A stretch of DNA of 64,000 nt from an uncultured Actinomycetota bacterium (GTDB taxonomy: Bacteria; Actinomycetota; Actinomycetes; Streptosporangiales; Streptosporangiaceae): the NCBI GenBank assembly GCA_963844655.1, contig CAWJPA010000006.1, forward strand, positions 667,633-731,632. The letters are read 5' to 3'. Numbering within the stretch: the stretch's first letter is position 1; each line of letters begins with the position of its first letter. A program made the position numbers and the translations under genes. A model generated the notes under the pieces. That model saw only the letters and a list, made by a program, of their open reading frames with translations, had not been told where the DNA came from and did not search any database. Shown here in pieces: positions 1 to 8,725 of this stretch.

Positions 1-424
1 CGCTCGCGACGTTCGCCTCGTCGTGCACGATCTCGACGCGGTCGATCCCGGGCATGGTGAACGCGGCCTCGACGAGCGCCGCGGCGGCCGCGGTGGCGAG
101 CCCCCGGCGCAGGTGCGCGGCATCCACCCAGTACCCGATCTCGAGCCCTGCCGGCCCGATCCTGGCCATCAGGCCGCAGCCTCCCACCACGTCCCCGCCG
201 GATGTGATGGCGTAGCTGAACGCGGCCCCGGAGTTCCACTCCTGCTCGCATCTCCCGGTGAACTCCGCGGCATCCTGCGGGCCGTAGTCCTGCGCCCACA
301 CCAGCCACGGCTGCAGGTGCGGCTGCGATCGCTGCACCAGCTCGGTGACGACCGCCGTGTCGGCCGCGCGCCAGCGCCGCAGGGTCACCGGACCGTGCCT
401 GATGACCTCGGACGGGCGTTTCAT
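1..424 (-). CDS. GNAT family N-acetyltransferase (RimJ/RimL-like); C-terminus cut by window edge
   Basis: Not in the ORF track because it runs off the edge. Reverse-strand translation from ATG (422-424) reads MKRPSEVIRHGPVTLRRWRAADTAVVTELV...LEIGYWVDAAHLRRGLATAAAAALVEAAF. This contains a GNAT motif-A-like R-R-G-x-A acetyl-CoA loop, and third-position GC is high in this frame. Confidence 0.7.
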   Translation of the reverse strand, partial: MKRPSEVIRHGPVTLRRWRAADTAVVTELVQRSQPHLQPWLVWAQDYGPQDAAEFTGRCEQEWNSGAAFSYAITSGGDVVGGCGLMARIGPAGLEIGYWVDAAHLRRGLATAAAAALVEAAFTMPGIDRVEIVHDEANVAS

Positions 425-559
425 GATCCCAGCATCCTGGCGCCGCAGCGGCGACGGCAACACAAATTCACCCCGGTGGCCCCGCCCGCGGACACCAGAA
501 TGCTCTACGTAACCGGGCACTCCCCGCGAGTCACTACTAGACCGGAGCGCCCGGTCGGC

Positions 560-575
560 GATAATCAGAGCCATG
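560..575 (+). promoter_or_regulatory. candidate -10 hexamer GATAAT (560-565) 7 nt upstream of ATG 573; leaderless-type promoter
   Basis: GATAAT-cagagcc-ATG read directly. There is no Shine-Dalgarno sequence between the hexamer and the start codon. Confidence 0.35.
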
Positions 576-914
576 TCTCTTGCGGAACTGCTTTCCGGAC
601 GCGGGCTCGCGGGGCGTCTGCCCCAGCGGCTTGAGGAATTGCGCGGGCCGGTCAAGGGAGTCATCGTGCTGCCCAGGCACCTGTCATGGCCGGGCATGCG
701 AGAGTTCGACGTGTCCGACGACAGCATCCGGCGCAGCATGTACGGCATCGTGCTGACCCAGGGCCGGCGCAACGACGTGGCGCGTTTCCTCAACGCGCGG
801 CTGCTGATCGAGGACTGGCCGCTGATCCGGGTGTCGCTGGATCCGAAGCTGCGGCGGTGGTGCGAGCGGCGGTTCGCGCTGCGCACGGGTGACGTCAGCC
901 AGACGCTCAGCTAG
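573..914 (+). CDS. hypothetical protein; paralogue of the antitoxin-like ORF at 32354-32767, with no toxin partner here
   Basis: 113-aa ORF. The segment LEELRGPVKGVIVLPRHLSWPGMREFDVSDDSIRRSMYGIVLTQGRRNDVARFLNARLLIEDWPLI aligns with LTDLQGPTEGTVELPLWLFWSSPGHAFDLGDQDMRLWLYQTVLREAGRLEDLTAYLDGETLIALWPEL of the ORF preceding the AbiEii-type toxin gene. Confidence 0.6.
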   Translation: MSLAELLSGRGLAGRLPQRLEELRGPVKGVIVLPRHLSWPGMREFDVSDDSIRRSMYGIVLTQGRRNDVARFLNARLLIEDWPLIRVSLDPKLRRWCERRFALRTGDVSQTLS

Positions 915-968
915 CTGGCACCGCCCGGGGCCGCTGCGGATGCCGCGGCCGTATGTCAGGGTGGCGTC

Positions 969-1634
969 ATGCGGAAATACGTCATCATGGGCGTGCAGGG
1001 GAGCGGCAAAGGCACGCAGAGCGCGATGCTCGCCGCCGACCTGGACCTGGTGCACATCAGCGTCGGGGACATCTTCCGGTGGAACGTGCAGCATCACACC
1101 AAGCTGGGTGCTCAGGTCAGGCGCACCATGGCGCAGGGCGCGCTGGTCGGCGATGACCTGGTCGAGGGCATCGTCCGCGACCGGCTGACCGAGCACGACT
1201 GGAACTACGGGTTCATCATCGACGGGTTCCCCCGCAACGAGCGCCAGGCCGAGTTCTTCCTGGAGAGCTACGACATCGACGGGGTCATCCACCTCGACCT
1301 CCCGGACAGCGAGGTCCGCCGCCGGGTGCTGGCCCGGCGGCTGTGCTCGGGCTGCGGCCTCGACTACAACCTGCTGGCCAGCAGCCCTCAGGTCGCAGGG
1401 AAGTGCGACGCCTGCGGCGGTGAGCTGGTGACCAGGGAGGACGACACCGAGGAGGCCCTCGCCGTCCGGCTCCGCGACTATCACCAGAAGACCAACCCGG
1501 TGCTCGACATCTTCCGCCGCAAGGAGTACGTGGTCACCGTCGACGCGCGGCCGGACAAGGAGGAGATCCAGCAGGTCATCAGGACCCGCCTCGGCCTGCC
1601 CCCCTATCACCCGGCCCAGCAGGAGGCCAGCTGA
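969..1634 (+). CDS. adk: adenylate kinase with Cys4 zinc LID domain
   Basis: P-loop GVQGSGKGTQ, the motif GFIIDGFPRN, and a LID with CSGCG...CDACGG. It is not located in a ribosomal-protein/secY cluster, so it is probably a paralogue. Confidence 0.9.
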   Translation: MRKYVIMGVQGSGKGTQSAMLAADLDLVHISVGDIFRWNVQHHTKLGAQVRRTMAQGALVGDDLVEGIVRDRLTEHDWNYGFIIDGFPRNERQAEFFLESYDIDGVIHLDLPDSEVRRRVLARRLCSGCGLDYNLLASSPQVAGKCDACGGELVTREDDTEEALAVRLRDYHQKTNPVLDIFRRKEYVVTVDARPDKEEIQQVIRTRLGLPPYHPAQQEAS

Positions 1635-1639
1635 CGCCG

Positions 1640-2764
1640 ATGCGGGTCGTGGTCGCGCCCGATTCGTTCAAGGGCAGCATCGGTGCCGCCGAGGCCGCGG
1701 CAGCTATCGCCGCCGGCTGGCGCAGCGCACGGCCCGGCGACGACCTGTGCTGCGTCCCGCTCGCCGACGGCGGCGAGGGCACGCTCGAGGTGCTCGCCGC
1801 GGCCAGCCCCGCGGCCCGCTGGCACCGGATGCCGGTCACCGGCCCGGCCGGGCCGCAGGTGACCGCCCGCTGGCTGGAGCTGCCCGGCGGGACCGGGTAC
1901 ATCGAGCTCGCTCAGGCCAGCGGGCTGCCGCTGATGCCGGCGCCCGACCCGCTCGGCGCGCAGACCACGGGAGTCGGCGAGCTGATCGCCGCCGCGCTGG
2001 ACACCGGCGTCAGCCGGATCGTGATCGCTTTGGGCGGGTCGGCGTCGACCGACGGGGGCAGTGGCGCCCTGGCCGCGCTTGGCGCCCGGTTCCTGGACGC
2101 GGCCGGGCGGGAGCTCACGCCGGGCGGCGGAGCGCTCGGCGGCCTGGCCTCGGCCGAGCTGAGCGGGCTGCGGTCCCCACCGCGCGGCGGCGTCACCTGC
2201 CTGACCGACGTGCGGGCCCCGCTGCTCGGCCCGCGCGGCGCGGCCGCGGTGTTCGGCCCGCAGAAGGGCGCCGACGCCGCACAGATCGCCCTGCTTGAGA
2301 CCAGCCTCAGCCGCCTCGCGGCCGTGCTCGGCGGCGACCCCGGGGCACCGGGCAGCGGTGCCGCGGGCGGCACCGGTTACGGCCTGGCCACGGCGTGGGG
2401 CGCCCAGATCACGCCGGGAGCCGCGGAGGTGGGCCGGATTGTGGGCCTGGACCGGGAGCTGGCCAGGACCGACCTGGTGCTGACCGGGGAAGGCCGCTAC
2501 GACGCCACGTCCGGGGACGGCAAGGTCGTCGGCACCGTCCTGGCCGCGGCGGGCCGGGCGGGAGTGCCCGCGGCGGTGGTGGCCGGGCAGGTCGCGGACA
2601 CCCCGCCGCCCGGGATCACCGCGGTGGCGCTGGCGGAGCTGGCCGGCGGGACCGCGGCGGCGATGGCCAGCCCGGAGCGCTGGCTGCGGGCGGCCGGCCG
2701 GAGACTGGCGGCCGGCTTCGGCGGCGGCCCGGACCTGGCGGCGGCCGACCAGACCGGGACCTGA
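1640..2764 (+). CDS. glycerate kinase
   Basis: The N-terminus MRVVVAPDSFKGS and the C-terminal LVLTGEGRYDATSGDGK are typical of the glycerate kinase family. The start lies 5 nt after the adk stop. Confidence 0.9.
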   Translation: MRVVVAPDSFKGSIGAAEAAAAIAAGWRSARPGDDLCCVPLADGGEGTLEVLAAASPAARWHRMPVTGPAGPQVTARWLELPGGTGYIELAQASGLPLMPAPDPLGAQTTGVGELIAAALDTGVSRIVIALGGSASTDGGSGALAALGARFLDAAGRELTPGGGALGGLASAELSGLRSPPRGGVTCLTDVRAPLLGPRGAAAVFGPQKGADAAQIALLETSLSRLAAVLGGDPGAPGSGAAGGTGYGLATAWGAQITPGAAEVGRIVGLDRELARTDLVLTGEGRYDATSGDGKVVGTVLAAAGRAGVPAAVVAGQVADTPPPGITAVALAELAGGTAAAMASPERWLRAAGRRLAAGFGGGPDLAAADQTGT

Positions 2765-2781
2765 GGCTTTAACCTGGGCCC

Positions 2782-3729
2782 GTGCGGGAAATCGCGGTCT
2801 TCAGCGGCGGTGCCCATCCTGACCTGGCGGCCGAGATATGCGACCAGCTCGGCGTGGTGCTGCACCCGGTCCGGCTGCGCCGGTTCGCCAACGACTGCCT
2901 CGAGGTCCAGCTGCAGTCCAACTGCCGGGAACGGGACGTGTTCCTGATCCAGCCGCTGAGCGCGCCAGTCCAGGAGCATCTGGTCGAGCTGCTGCTCATG
3001 CTCGACGCCGCCCGGGGGGCCTCGGCGGCGCGGGTCACGGCGGTGATTCCGCACTACGCGTACGCCCGGTCGGACAAGAAGGCCATGCCGCGGGTATCGA
3101 TCGGCGGGCGCCTGGTCGCCGATCTGCTGGTCACGGCCGGCGCGAGCCGGGTGCTCACGATGACCCTGCACGCACCGCAGGTCCACGGGTTCTTCTCGGT
3201 CCCTGTCGACCACCTGCACGCGCTCCGCGAGATCGCCGGGCACTTCGAGGGCACGGACATCGGCAACGCGGTCGTGGTCTCACCGGACCTGGGCAACGCC
3301 AAGGCGGCCTCGGTGCTAGCCCGGATGCTCGGCCTCCCGGTCGCGGCAGGCGCCAAGGAGCGGCACAGCGACTCCAGCGTCACGATCAGCTCGATCATCG
3401 GCGACGTGGCCGGCCGGGACGTCATCATCCTGGACGACGAGATTGCCCGGGGCACCACGATCCTGGAACTGCTCGCGCGGCTGCGGGAGCGCGGCGCCCG
3501 CTCGGTGCGTATCGCGTGCACGCACGGGCTGTTCCGGGACGGCGCGCTGAAGCGGATCGCATCCCAGCCCGAGGTGATCGAGGTCGTGTGCACCAACACC
3601 GTGCCGATCTCCGGGTCCGAGCGCGACCCCAAGCTGCACGTGATCTCGCTGGCCCCGGCCCTGGCCGAGGCCATCCGCCGCATCCACGAGGGCGAGTCGG
3701 TCAGCGCGCTGTTCGGCACGCCGGGCTAG
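2782..3729 (+). CDS. prs: ribose-phosphate pyrophosphokinase family protein
   Basis: IAVFSGGAHPDLAAEIC, TLHAPQVHGFFSVPVDHL and a PRPP loop VIILDDEIARGTT. GTG start 17 nt after the glycerate kinase stop. Confidence 0.85.
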   Translation: MREIAVFSGGAHPDLAAEICDQLGVVLHPVRLRRFANDCLEVQLQSNCRERDVFLIQPLSAPVQEHLVELLLMLDAARGASAARVTAVIPHYAYARSDKKAMPRVSIGGRLVADLLVTAGASRVLTMTLHAPQVHGFFSVPVDHLHALREIAGHFEGTDIGNAVVVSPDLGNAKAASVLARMLGLPVAAGAKERHSDSSVTISSIIGDVAGRDVIILDDEIARGTTILELLARLRERGARSVRIACTHGLFRDGALKRIASQPEVIEVVCTNTVPISGSERDPKLHVISLAPALAEAIRRIHEGESVSALFGTPG

Positions 3730-3775
3730 CACCACCGGACGCTGGCCCACCCGGGCGCCCGGCGCGCGGCCCTGG

Positions 3776-6283
3776 CTAACCGGAGTGGGGCCTGCCGGGG
3801 CCGGCCTGCGGCCTGCCGTTCCGGCCCGCCTCCCGCGTCGCCCACGCCGCGACCTGGGCCCGCGAGCTGAAGCCCAGCTTCAGCAGGATGTTGGCCACGT
3901 GCCGGGCGGCGGTCGCGGGGCTGATGACAAGCTGCTCGCCGATGCCCTTGTTGCTGTGGCCCTCGGCGATCAGCGCCACGATCTCAAGCTCCCGCGGGGT
4001 CAGCCCGCCGGGGGCCGGGGGCCTCGCGCCGGACCGGGATCGCGGGCCGGAGTCCGCGCCGGCCACGGCATCGTCGGGCACGCTCAGGGCCAGGTCGACC
4101 GCGGCGCTCGCGTCCAGGCCGGATCCCTGCTTCCACAACTGCGCGATGGTCTCCTGCCCCAGGCCGCGTGCGGCCGCGAGGTAGCGCTCGGTCCGCGCGC
4201 CGGACAGCGACGGCAGGCGCGCCTCCTCGCGCAGCGCCGCAGCGGCCGCGGCCAGCTGCACCGCCCGGTCCGGCCGCTGCTCGCGGATGGCGAGCGTGGC
4301 AAACGCCTCCAGCCCGCGGATCACGCCGATGCGGCTGCCGATGGAGCGGCTCACCGTGATGCTCTCGGTCAGATGACGGCGGCCGAGCGTGACATCTCCC
4401 TGGTCCATCGCGATCCGGCCGAGCCCGGCCAGGCAGCGGGCGATTTCCGGCCTGGCGTTGACCTGGCGCAGGGTGACCAGGGCCTGCTCGTAGCGCAGCT
4501 CGGCGCCACCCGGGTCGCGGCGCACCCGGGCCAGGTCGGCCAGCCCCATCAGCGCCCGGGCCGCGCCCCACTGCTGATCGATATCGTGCATGATCTCGAG
4601 CGCGGACTCCGCGAGCCGCTGGGCCTCCGGCAGGTCCCCGCGCAGCGCGGCCACCGCTGCCTTGGTGCCCAGCGCGTAGCCCTCGTTCCACCGGTCGCCC
4701 GCCTGCCTGGCCACCGCCAGCGCGCTGTCGGCGTGGGCCGCCGCCTCGTCGGTGTTCCCGGCGTGCAGCGCGGCCTCGGTGAGCAGGTTGAAGGCGGCCG
4801 CGGTCCAGGAGTCCTCGCCTGCGGCTCGGCAGAGCTCAAGCCCCTCCAGGGCGCGGGCCTGCGCGCCCACCGGGTCGTTGGCCAGGGCCAGCTGGGCCCG
4901 CCCGACCAGCGCCGGCCCCCGGACCGCGTCCCGCACCGGCCCGCCCCGGGCGAGGAAGGCGTCCAGCCACTCGGCACCCTCGGCAAAGGAGCCGCGCACG
5001 ATCCAGACCGGCCGCATGGCCGTGCAGATGCGCAGGCCGCTTTCCGCGTCTCCCTCGGCCAGGCACTGGCCGAGCACCTGCCGCAGGTTGGCGACGTCGG
5101 CGTCAAACCGGCGGAACGCCTCCACCCGCGCCGACCACGGAGCGTCGATCAGGGCCATGCCCATCTGCGAGAGGTGCTCGGTCTCGCGGATCGAGTAATC
5201 CCGCAGCCGCTGCTGCATCATCGCGGTCTCGCCCGCCGCGGCCAGCCGGGAGGCCGCGTACTCCCTGATGGTGTCGAGCATCCGGTACCTGGCCTGGCCG
5301 CGGGCCTCGGCGTCGACCACGACCAGAGACTTGTCGGCCAGGGTGGCCAGCAGGTCGAGGACGTCATCGGCGGGCAGGTCGTCGCCTGAGCAGAGCTGCT
5401 CGGCCATCTCCAGAGACCAGCCGGCGAATGCGGACAGCCGGCGCAGCAGCAACTGCTCCCGGCTGCCGAGCAGGTCATAGCTCCAGTCGATCGCCGCGCG
5501 GAGCGTCCGCTGACGTGGCGGAGCGGTACGGTCGCCGCTCGTTAGCAAGCGGAAGCGGTCGTCGAGCCGGGCCACGATCTGCTCGACGGTCAGCACCCGG
5601 ACCCACGCCGCCGCGAGCTCGATCGCCAGCGGGACCCCGTCCAGGGCCCGGCACAGCGCGGCGATGGCCGGAAGGTTGGCCGGCCCCAGCGCGAAGCCGG
5701 GATGTGACGCCTCGGCCCGGTCACAGAACAGGCGAATCGCCTCGTACCGGCACAGCTCATCCGGTCCCTCGGCCCCGTCAGGACCTGGCAGCGACAACGG
5801 CGGCACCTGCCAGACCGTCTCGGCCGCTACCCGCAGCGGCTCACGGCTGGTGGCCAGCACGCGTAGGCCCTGCGAGCTGGCCAGCAGCCGCTGGCACAGC
5901 CGGGCGCAGGAATCGATCAGGTGCTCACAGTTATCCAGGGCCAGCAGCAGGCGGCGCGGCCTGAGCGCGTCGGCCAGCGTCTCCAGCAGCGGGCGGCCCG
6001 GCTCCTCTTCCACGCCGATAACGGCCGCCACGCGGGACGCGACCAGGTCAGGCTGGCGCAGATCGCCGAGCTCGATGAACCAGACCCCGTCAGGGAAGTC
6101 ATCGGCCAGGCCGGCCAGCACCCGCAGGGCCAGCCGCGTCTTGCCGATGCCGCCTGAGCCGCACAGCGTCAGGGCACGGATCGAGGGCACGAACCGGCGC
6201 AGCTCGTCGAGTTCGCGCTGGCGGCCGACAAAACTGTTCGGCTCCTCGAAATTACTGCGAACCTGGTCAATGATCATTTTCAA
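3776..6283 (-). CDS. LAL-type (large ATP-binding) LuxR family transcriptional regulator
   Basis: N-terminal Walker A GSGGIGKTRLAL, a central TPR-like region, and a C-terminal LuxR HTH LTPRELEIVALIAEGHSNKGIGEQLVISPATAARHVANILLKLG. The start is either TTG 6283 or ATG 6277. Confidence 0.85.
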   Translation of the reverse strand: MKMIIDQVRSNFEEPNSFVGRQRELDELRRFVPSIRALTLCGSGGIGKTRLALRVLAGLADDFPDGVWFIELGDLRQPDLVASRVAAVIGVEEEPGRPLLETLADALRPRRLLLALDNCEHLIDSCARLCQRLLASSQGLRVLATSREPLRVAAETVWQVPPLSLPGPDGAEGPDELCRYEAIRLFCDRAEASHPGFALGPANLPAIAALCRALDGVPLAIELAAAWVRVLTVEQIVARLDDRFRLLTSGDRTAPPRQRTLRAAIDWSYDLLGSREQLLLRRLSAFAGWSLEMAEQLCSGDDLPADDVLDLLATLADKSLVVVDAEARGQARYRMLDTIREYAASRLAAAGETAMMQQRLRDYSIRETEHLSQMGMALIDAPWSARVEAFRRFDADVANLRQVLGQCLAEGDAESGLRICTAMRPVWIVRGSFAEGAEWLDAFLARGGPVRDAVRGPALVGRAQLALANDPVGAQARALEGLELCRAAGEDSWTAAAFNLLTEAALHAGNTDEAAAHADSALAVARQAGDRWNEGYALGTKAAVAALRGDLPEAQRLAESALEIMHDIDQQWGAARALMGLADLARVRRDPGGAELRYEQALVTLRQVNARPEIARCLAGLGRIAMDQGDVTLGRRHLTESITVSRSIGSRIGVIRGLEAFATLAIREQRPDRAVQLAAAAAALREEARLPSLSGARTERYLAAARGLGQETIAQLWKQGSGLDASAAVDLALSVPDDAVAGADSGPRSRSGARPPAPGGLTPRELEIVALIAEGHSNKGIGEQLVISPATAARHVANILLKLGFSSRAQVAAWATREAGRNGRPQAGPGRPHSG

Positions 6284-6431
6284 ATCGGATTCTAGTACGT
6301 CATTCCCGCTGGTGGCGTTCCCGGCGCGACTTAATTACCACGGCAGCAAAGCTGCTTCACTGCCTGTTCCCGCGCGTTGCCGCGCACATATTGGGCCACT
6401 TATCCACAATGTCACCTTCGCGACAGGCCGC

Positions 6432-6734
6432 TCACAGCTCGGCGGCGATCCGCCGCTTCATCGCGGTGATCGCCACCTCATCGCGCTTGTAGAACGTCCA
6501 CTGGCCGATCCGCCTGGAGGTGACCAGCCCGGCCCGGGCCAGCCGCTGCAGGTGCGAGGTGGCGGTGGGCTGAGTCACCCCGAGCTTGTCGGCGATAAAG
6601 AGCACGCACACTCCGTCGTCGACTAGGTCACCATCCCGCTGCGGCGGGAAATTCGAGCGGGGATCCTTTAGCCATTCGAGCACCTGCAGCCGCCGCGTGC
6701 TGGCCAGCGCCGCGAACAGGTCGGCGTCGGTCAT
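6432..6734 (-). CDS. ArsR/SmtB family transcriptional regulator
   Basis: 100 aa. Winged-HTH signature RRLQVLEWL...IADKLGVTQPTATSHLQRLARAGLV. The start is 3 nt downstream of the PhzF-like stop, so it is probably co-transcribed. Confidence 0.85.
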   Translation of the reverse strand: MTDADLFAALASTRRLQVLEWLKDPRSNFPPQRDGDLVDDGVCVLFIADKLGVTQPTATSHLQRLARAGLVTSRRIGQWTFYKRDEVAITAMKRRIAAEL

Positions 6735-6737
6735 GGC

Positions 6738-7627
6738 TCAGGCCAGCCGGTACTCGCCGCGCGCGACCACCACAGCCGACCCGCCGACCAGCACCCGGTC
6801 GATCCGCTCGGCTGACCCGTCGGCCTGGGCGTACAGCACCGAGGGCCGGCCGATCTCCGCGCCCTGCCGTATCTCGATCTCCTCGCCGAACCCGGTCCGG
6901 CCGTGCCGGGCCAGATGGATCGCGAGCGGGCCCGCGGCCGACCCGGTGGCCGGGTCCTCGGGCACGCCGAGGGCGGGCGCGAACATCCGGGTCTTCCAGC
7001 GCCGCCCGCGCCCCGCGAAGCAGCTCACGCCGATCTCACCCAGCCGGCCCAGCGCGCGGAGGTCCGGGCGGAGCGCGGCCACCGCGGCCTCGTCGCCCAG
7101 CGCGACGTACACGTGCCTGGGCCCGTTCCTGTAGGCCTCGACGGGCAGGTCCGAGCCCGCCACGTCCAGAGCCGCCAGCAGCCGTTCCGTGTCCTCATAC
7201 GGCTCACAGGCCGGGATCGGCTGCTCCATCCGGCCCGCCACGATCCGCCCGCCCTCGCGGCTCAGCTCGACCGGCACCAGGCCGGCCCGGTCTCCAGCCG
7301 CACGGCCGCGGTGCCGAGCATCTCGCCCGCCAGGCAGGCCGAGCCGAGCACCGGGTGCCCGGCGAACGGGAGCTCGATGGACGGCGTGAAGATCCGGATC
7401 CTTAGGTCGCCCCCGCGCTCCGGCGGGAGGAAGAAGACGGTCTCGGACAGGTTCAGCTCGCGGGCCGCGCGCTGCATCCGGTCCGCGGGCAGGTCCCGGC
7501 CGTCGGTGAACACTGCGACCTGGTTGCCTTCGAGCGGGGTGGTGGTGAACACGTCGGCGATCGCGTACCGGCGCGGGCTCGCGCCATCGCCCGCGGGAGC
7601 CGACCAGAGGTCTGCGGCAATAGACAT
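6738..7627 (-). pseudogene. PhzF family isomerase-like gene interrupted by a -1 frameshift
   Basis: ORFs 7262-7627 (N-terminal half, ...FTPSIELPFAGHPVLG...VRLETGPAW*) and 6738-7277 (C-terminal half, VPVELSREGG...PEDPATGSAAGPLA) are two halves of one PhzF-fold protein in different frames. The total span is 890 nt (not a multiple of 3). Reading gag acc ggN gcc ggc ctg gtg would restore LETGAGLVPVEL. The lesion maps to the C/G run at about 7286-7288. Confidence 0.75.
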
Positions 7628-7658
7628 AGATATAAAGCTAATTCCCTATGTGGCCGGG

Positions 7659-7826
7659 CACAAGACCTGGGGTCGGCCTGCCGCGCGAGGGGGAGGGCGG
7701 CAGTGGTTGCGCCACATGGCCTGGCTCGGCCTGCCGCGCGAGGGGGAGGGCGGCAGTGGTTGCGCCACATGGCCTGGCTCGGCCAGCCGCGCGAGGGGGA
7801 GGGCGGCAGTGGTTGCGGCCACAAGA
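7659..7826. repeat. about 3.2 copies of a 53-bp tandem repeat, each with a 7-bp-stem hairpin
   Basis: Unit GGCCTGCCGCGCGAGGGGGAGGGCGGCAGTGGTTGCGCCACATGGCCTGGCTC at 7675, 7728 and 7781 (one T-to-A difference in the third copy), with degenerate partial copies at both ends. Each unit carries the inverted repeat CTGCCGC-N12-GCGGCAG. It lies in the divergent intergenic region between the PhzF-like gene and the ABC ATPase gene. Confidence 0.9.
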
Positions 7827-7941
7827 TACAGCCCGGGGGATAACCCCCGCCCAGGACGGGCAGCAGCCGGATTCTGCCCGTGGCCGCGCCTCCCTAGCGT
7901 GATCTTCATGGGCACGCGCCGCGTGCGGGACGGAGATTCCG

Positions 7942-8721
7942 GTGATCGAGATCAAAGGCCTGACCAAGAGGTACGGCCCGACACTGGCCGTGAACGAGCT
8001 GAGCTTCGACGTGCTGCCGGGCCGGGTCACGGGGTTCCTCGGCCCCAACGGCTCCGGCAAGTCCACGACCATGCGGCTGATCATGGGGCTCGACGCCCCA
8101 GACGCGGGCCGCGCCACGATCGGCGGCCAGCGCTACCGTGACCTGCGCTGGCCGCTCCGCCAGGTGGGCGCGCTGCTGGAGGCGCGGGCGTTCCACCCCG
8201 GCCGCAGCGCGCACGCTCACCTGGCCGCGCTGGCGGCCAGCAACGACATCCCCCGGCCCCGGGTGGCCGAGGTGCTGGGCGCGGTCGGTCTGGACGCGGT
8301 CGCGGGGAAGCGGGCCGGGAAGTTCTCGCTGGGCATGTCCCAGCGGCTGGGCCTGGCCGCCGCGCTGCTCGGCGACCCCCCCACCCTCCTCCTGGACGAG
8401 CCGGTCAACGGGCTGGACCCTGAGGGGATCCGCTGGATCAGGAACCTGCTGACGTCGCTGGCGGCCGAGGGCCGGACGGTGCTGCTGTCCAGCCACCTGA
8501 TCAGCGAGATGGCGGTGACCGCCGAGCACCTGGTGGTGATCGGCGGCGGCCGGCTGCTCGCGCAGACGACGGTGACCGAGCTGACCGCGCAGGCGCCGTC
8601 GCTGGAGGAGGCGTTCTTCCGGCTGACCGACGCCAGTGCCGAGTACCGGGCGTCCGCCCAGGACCGGCCCTGGCCCGCGGCGCGCAGGCAGTCCGGCGCG
8701 GCGGAGCGTAATGGAGAATGA
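7942..8721 (+). CDS. ABC transporter ATP-binding protein (ABC-2/DrrA-like)
   Basis: Walker A GPNGSGKST, signature FSLGMSQRL, Walker B LLLDEPVNGLD, H-loop SSHLISE, and a C-terminal SLEEAFFRLT motif. Confidence 0.9.
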   Translation: MIEIKGLTKRYGPTLAVNELSFDVLPGRVTGFLGPNGSGKSTTMRLIMGLDAPDAGRATIGGQRYRDLRWPLRQVGALLEARAFHPGRSAHAHLAALAASNDIPRPRVAEVLGAVGLDAVAGKRAGKFSLGMSQRLGLAAALLGDPPTLLLDEPVNGLDPEGIRWIRNLLTSLAAEGRTVLLSSHLISEMAVTAEHLVVIGGGRLLAQTTVTELTAQAPSLEEAFFRLTDASAEYRASAQDRPWPAARRQSGAAERNGE

Positions 8722-8725
8722 CGGC

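Noticed and set aside
7659-7826. Possible CRISPR array
   Set aside because: The 53-bp units are contiguous and nearly identical along their whole length, so there are no unique spacers. No cas genes are in the window. I classified it as a tandem repeat.
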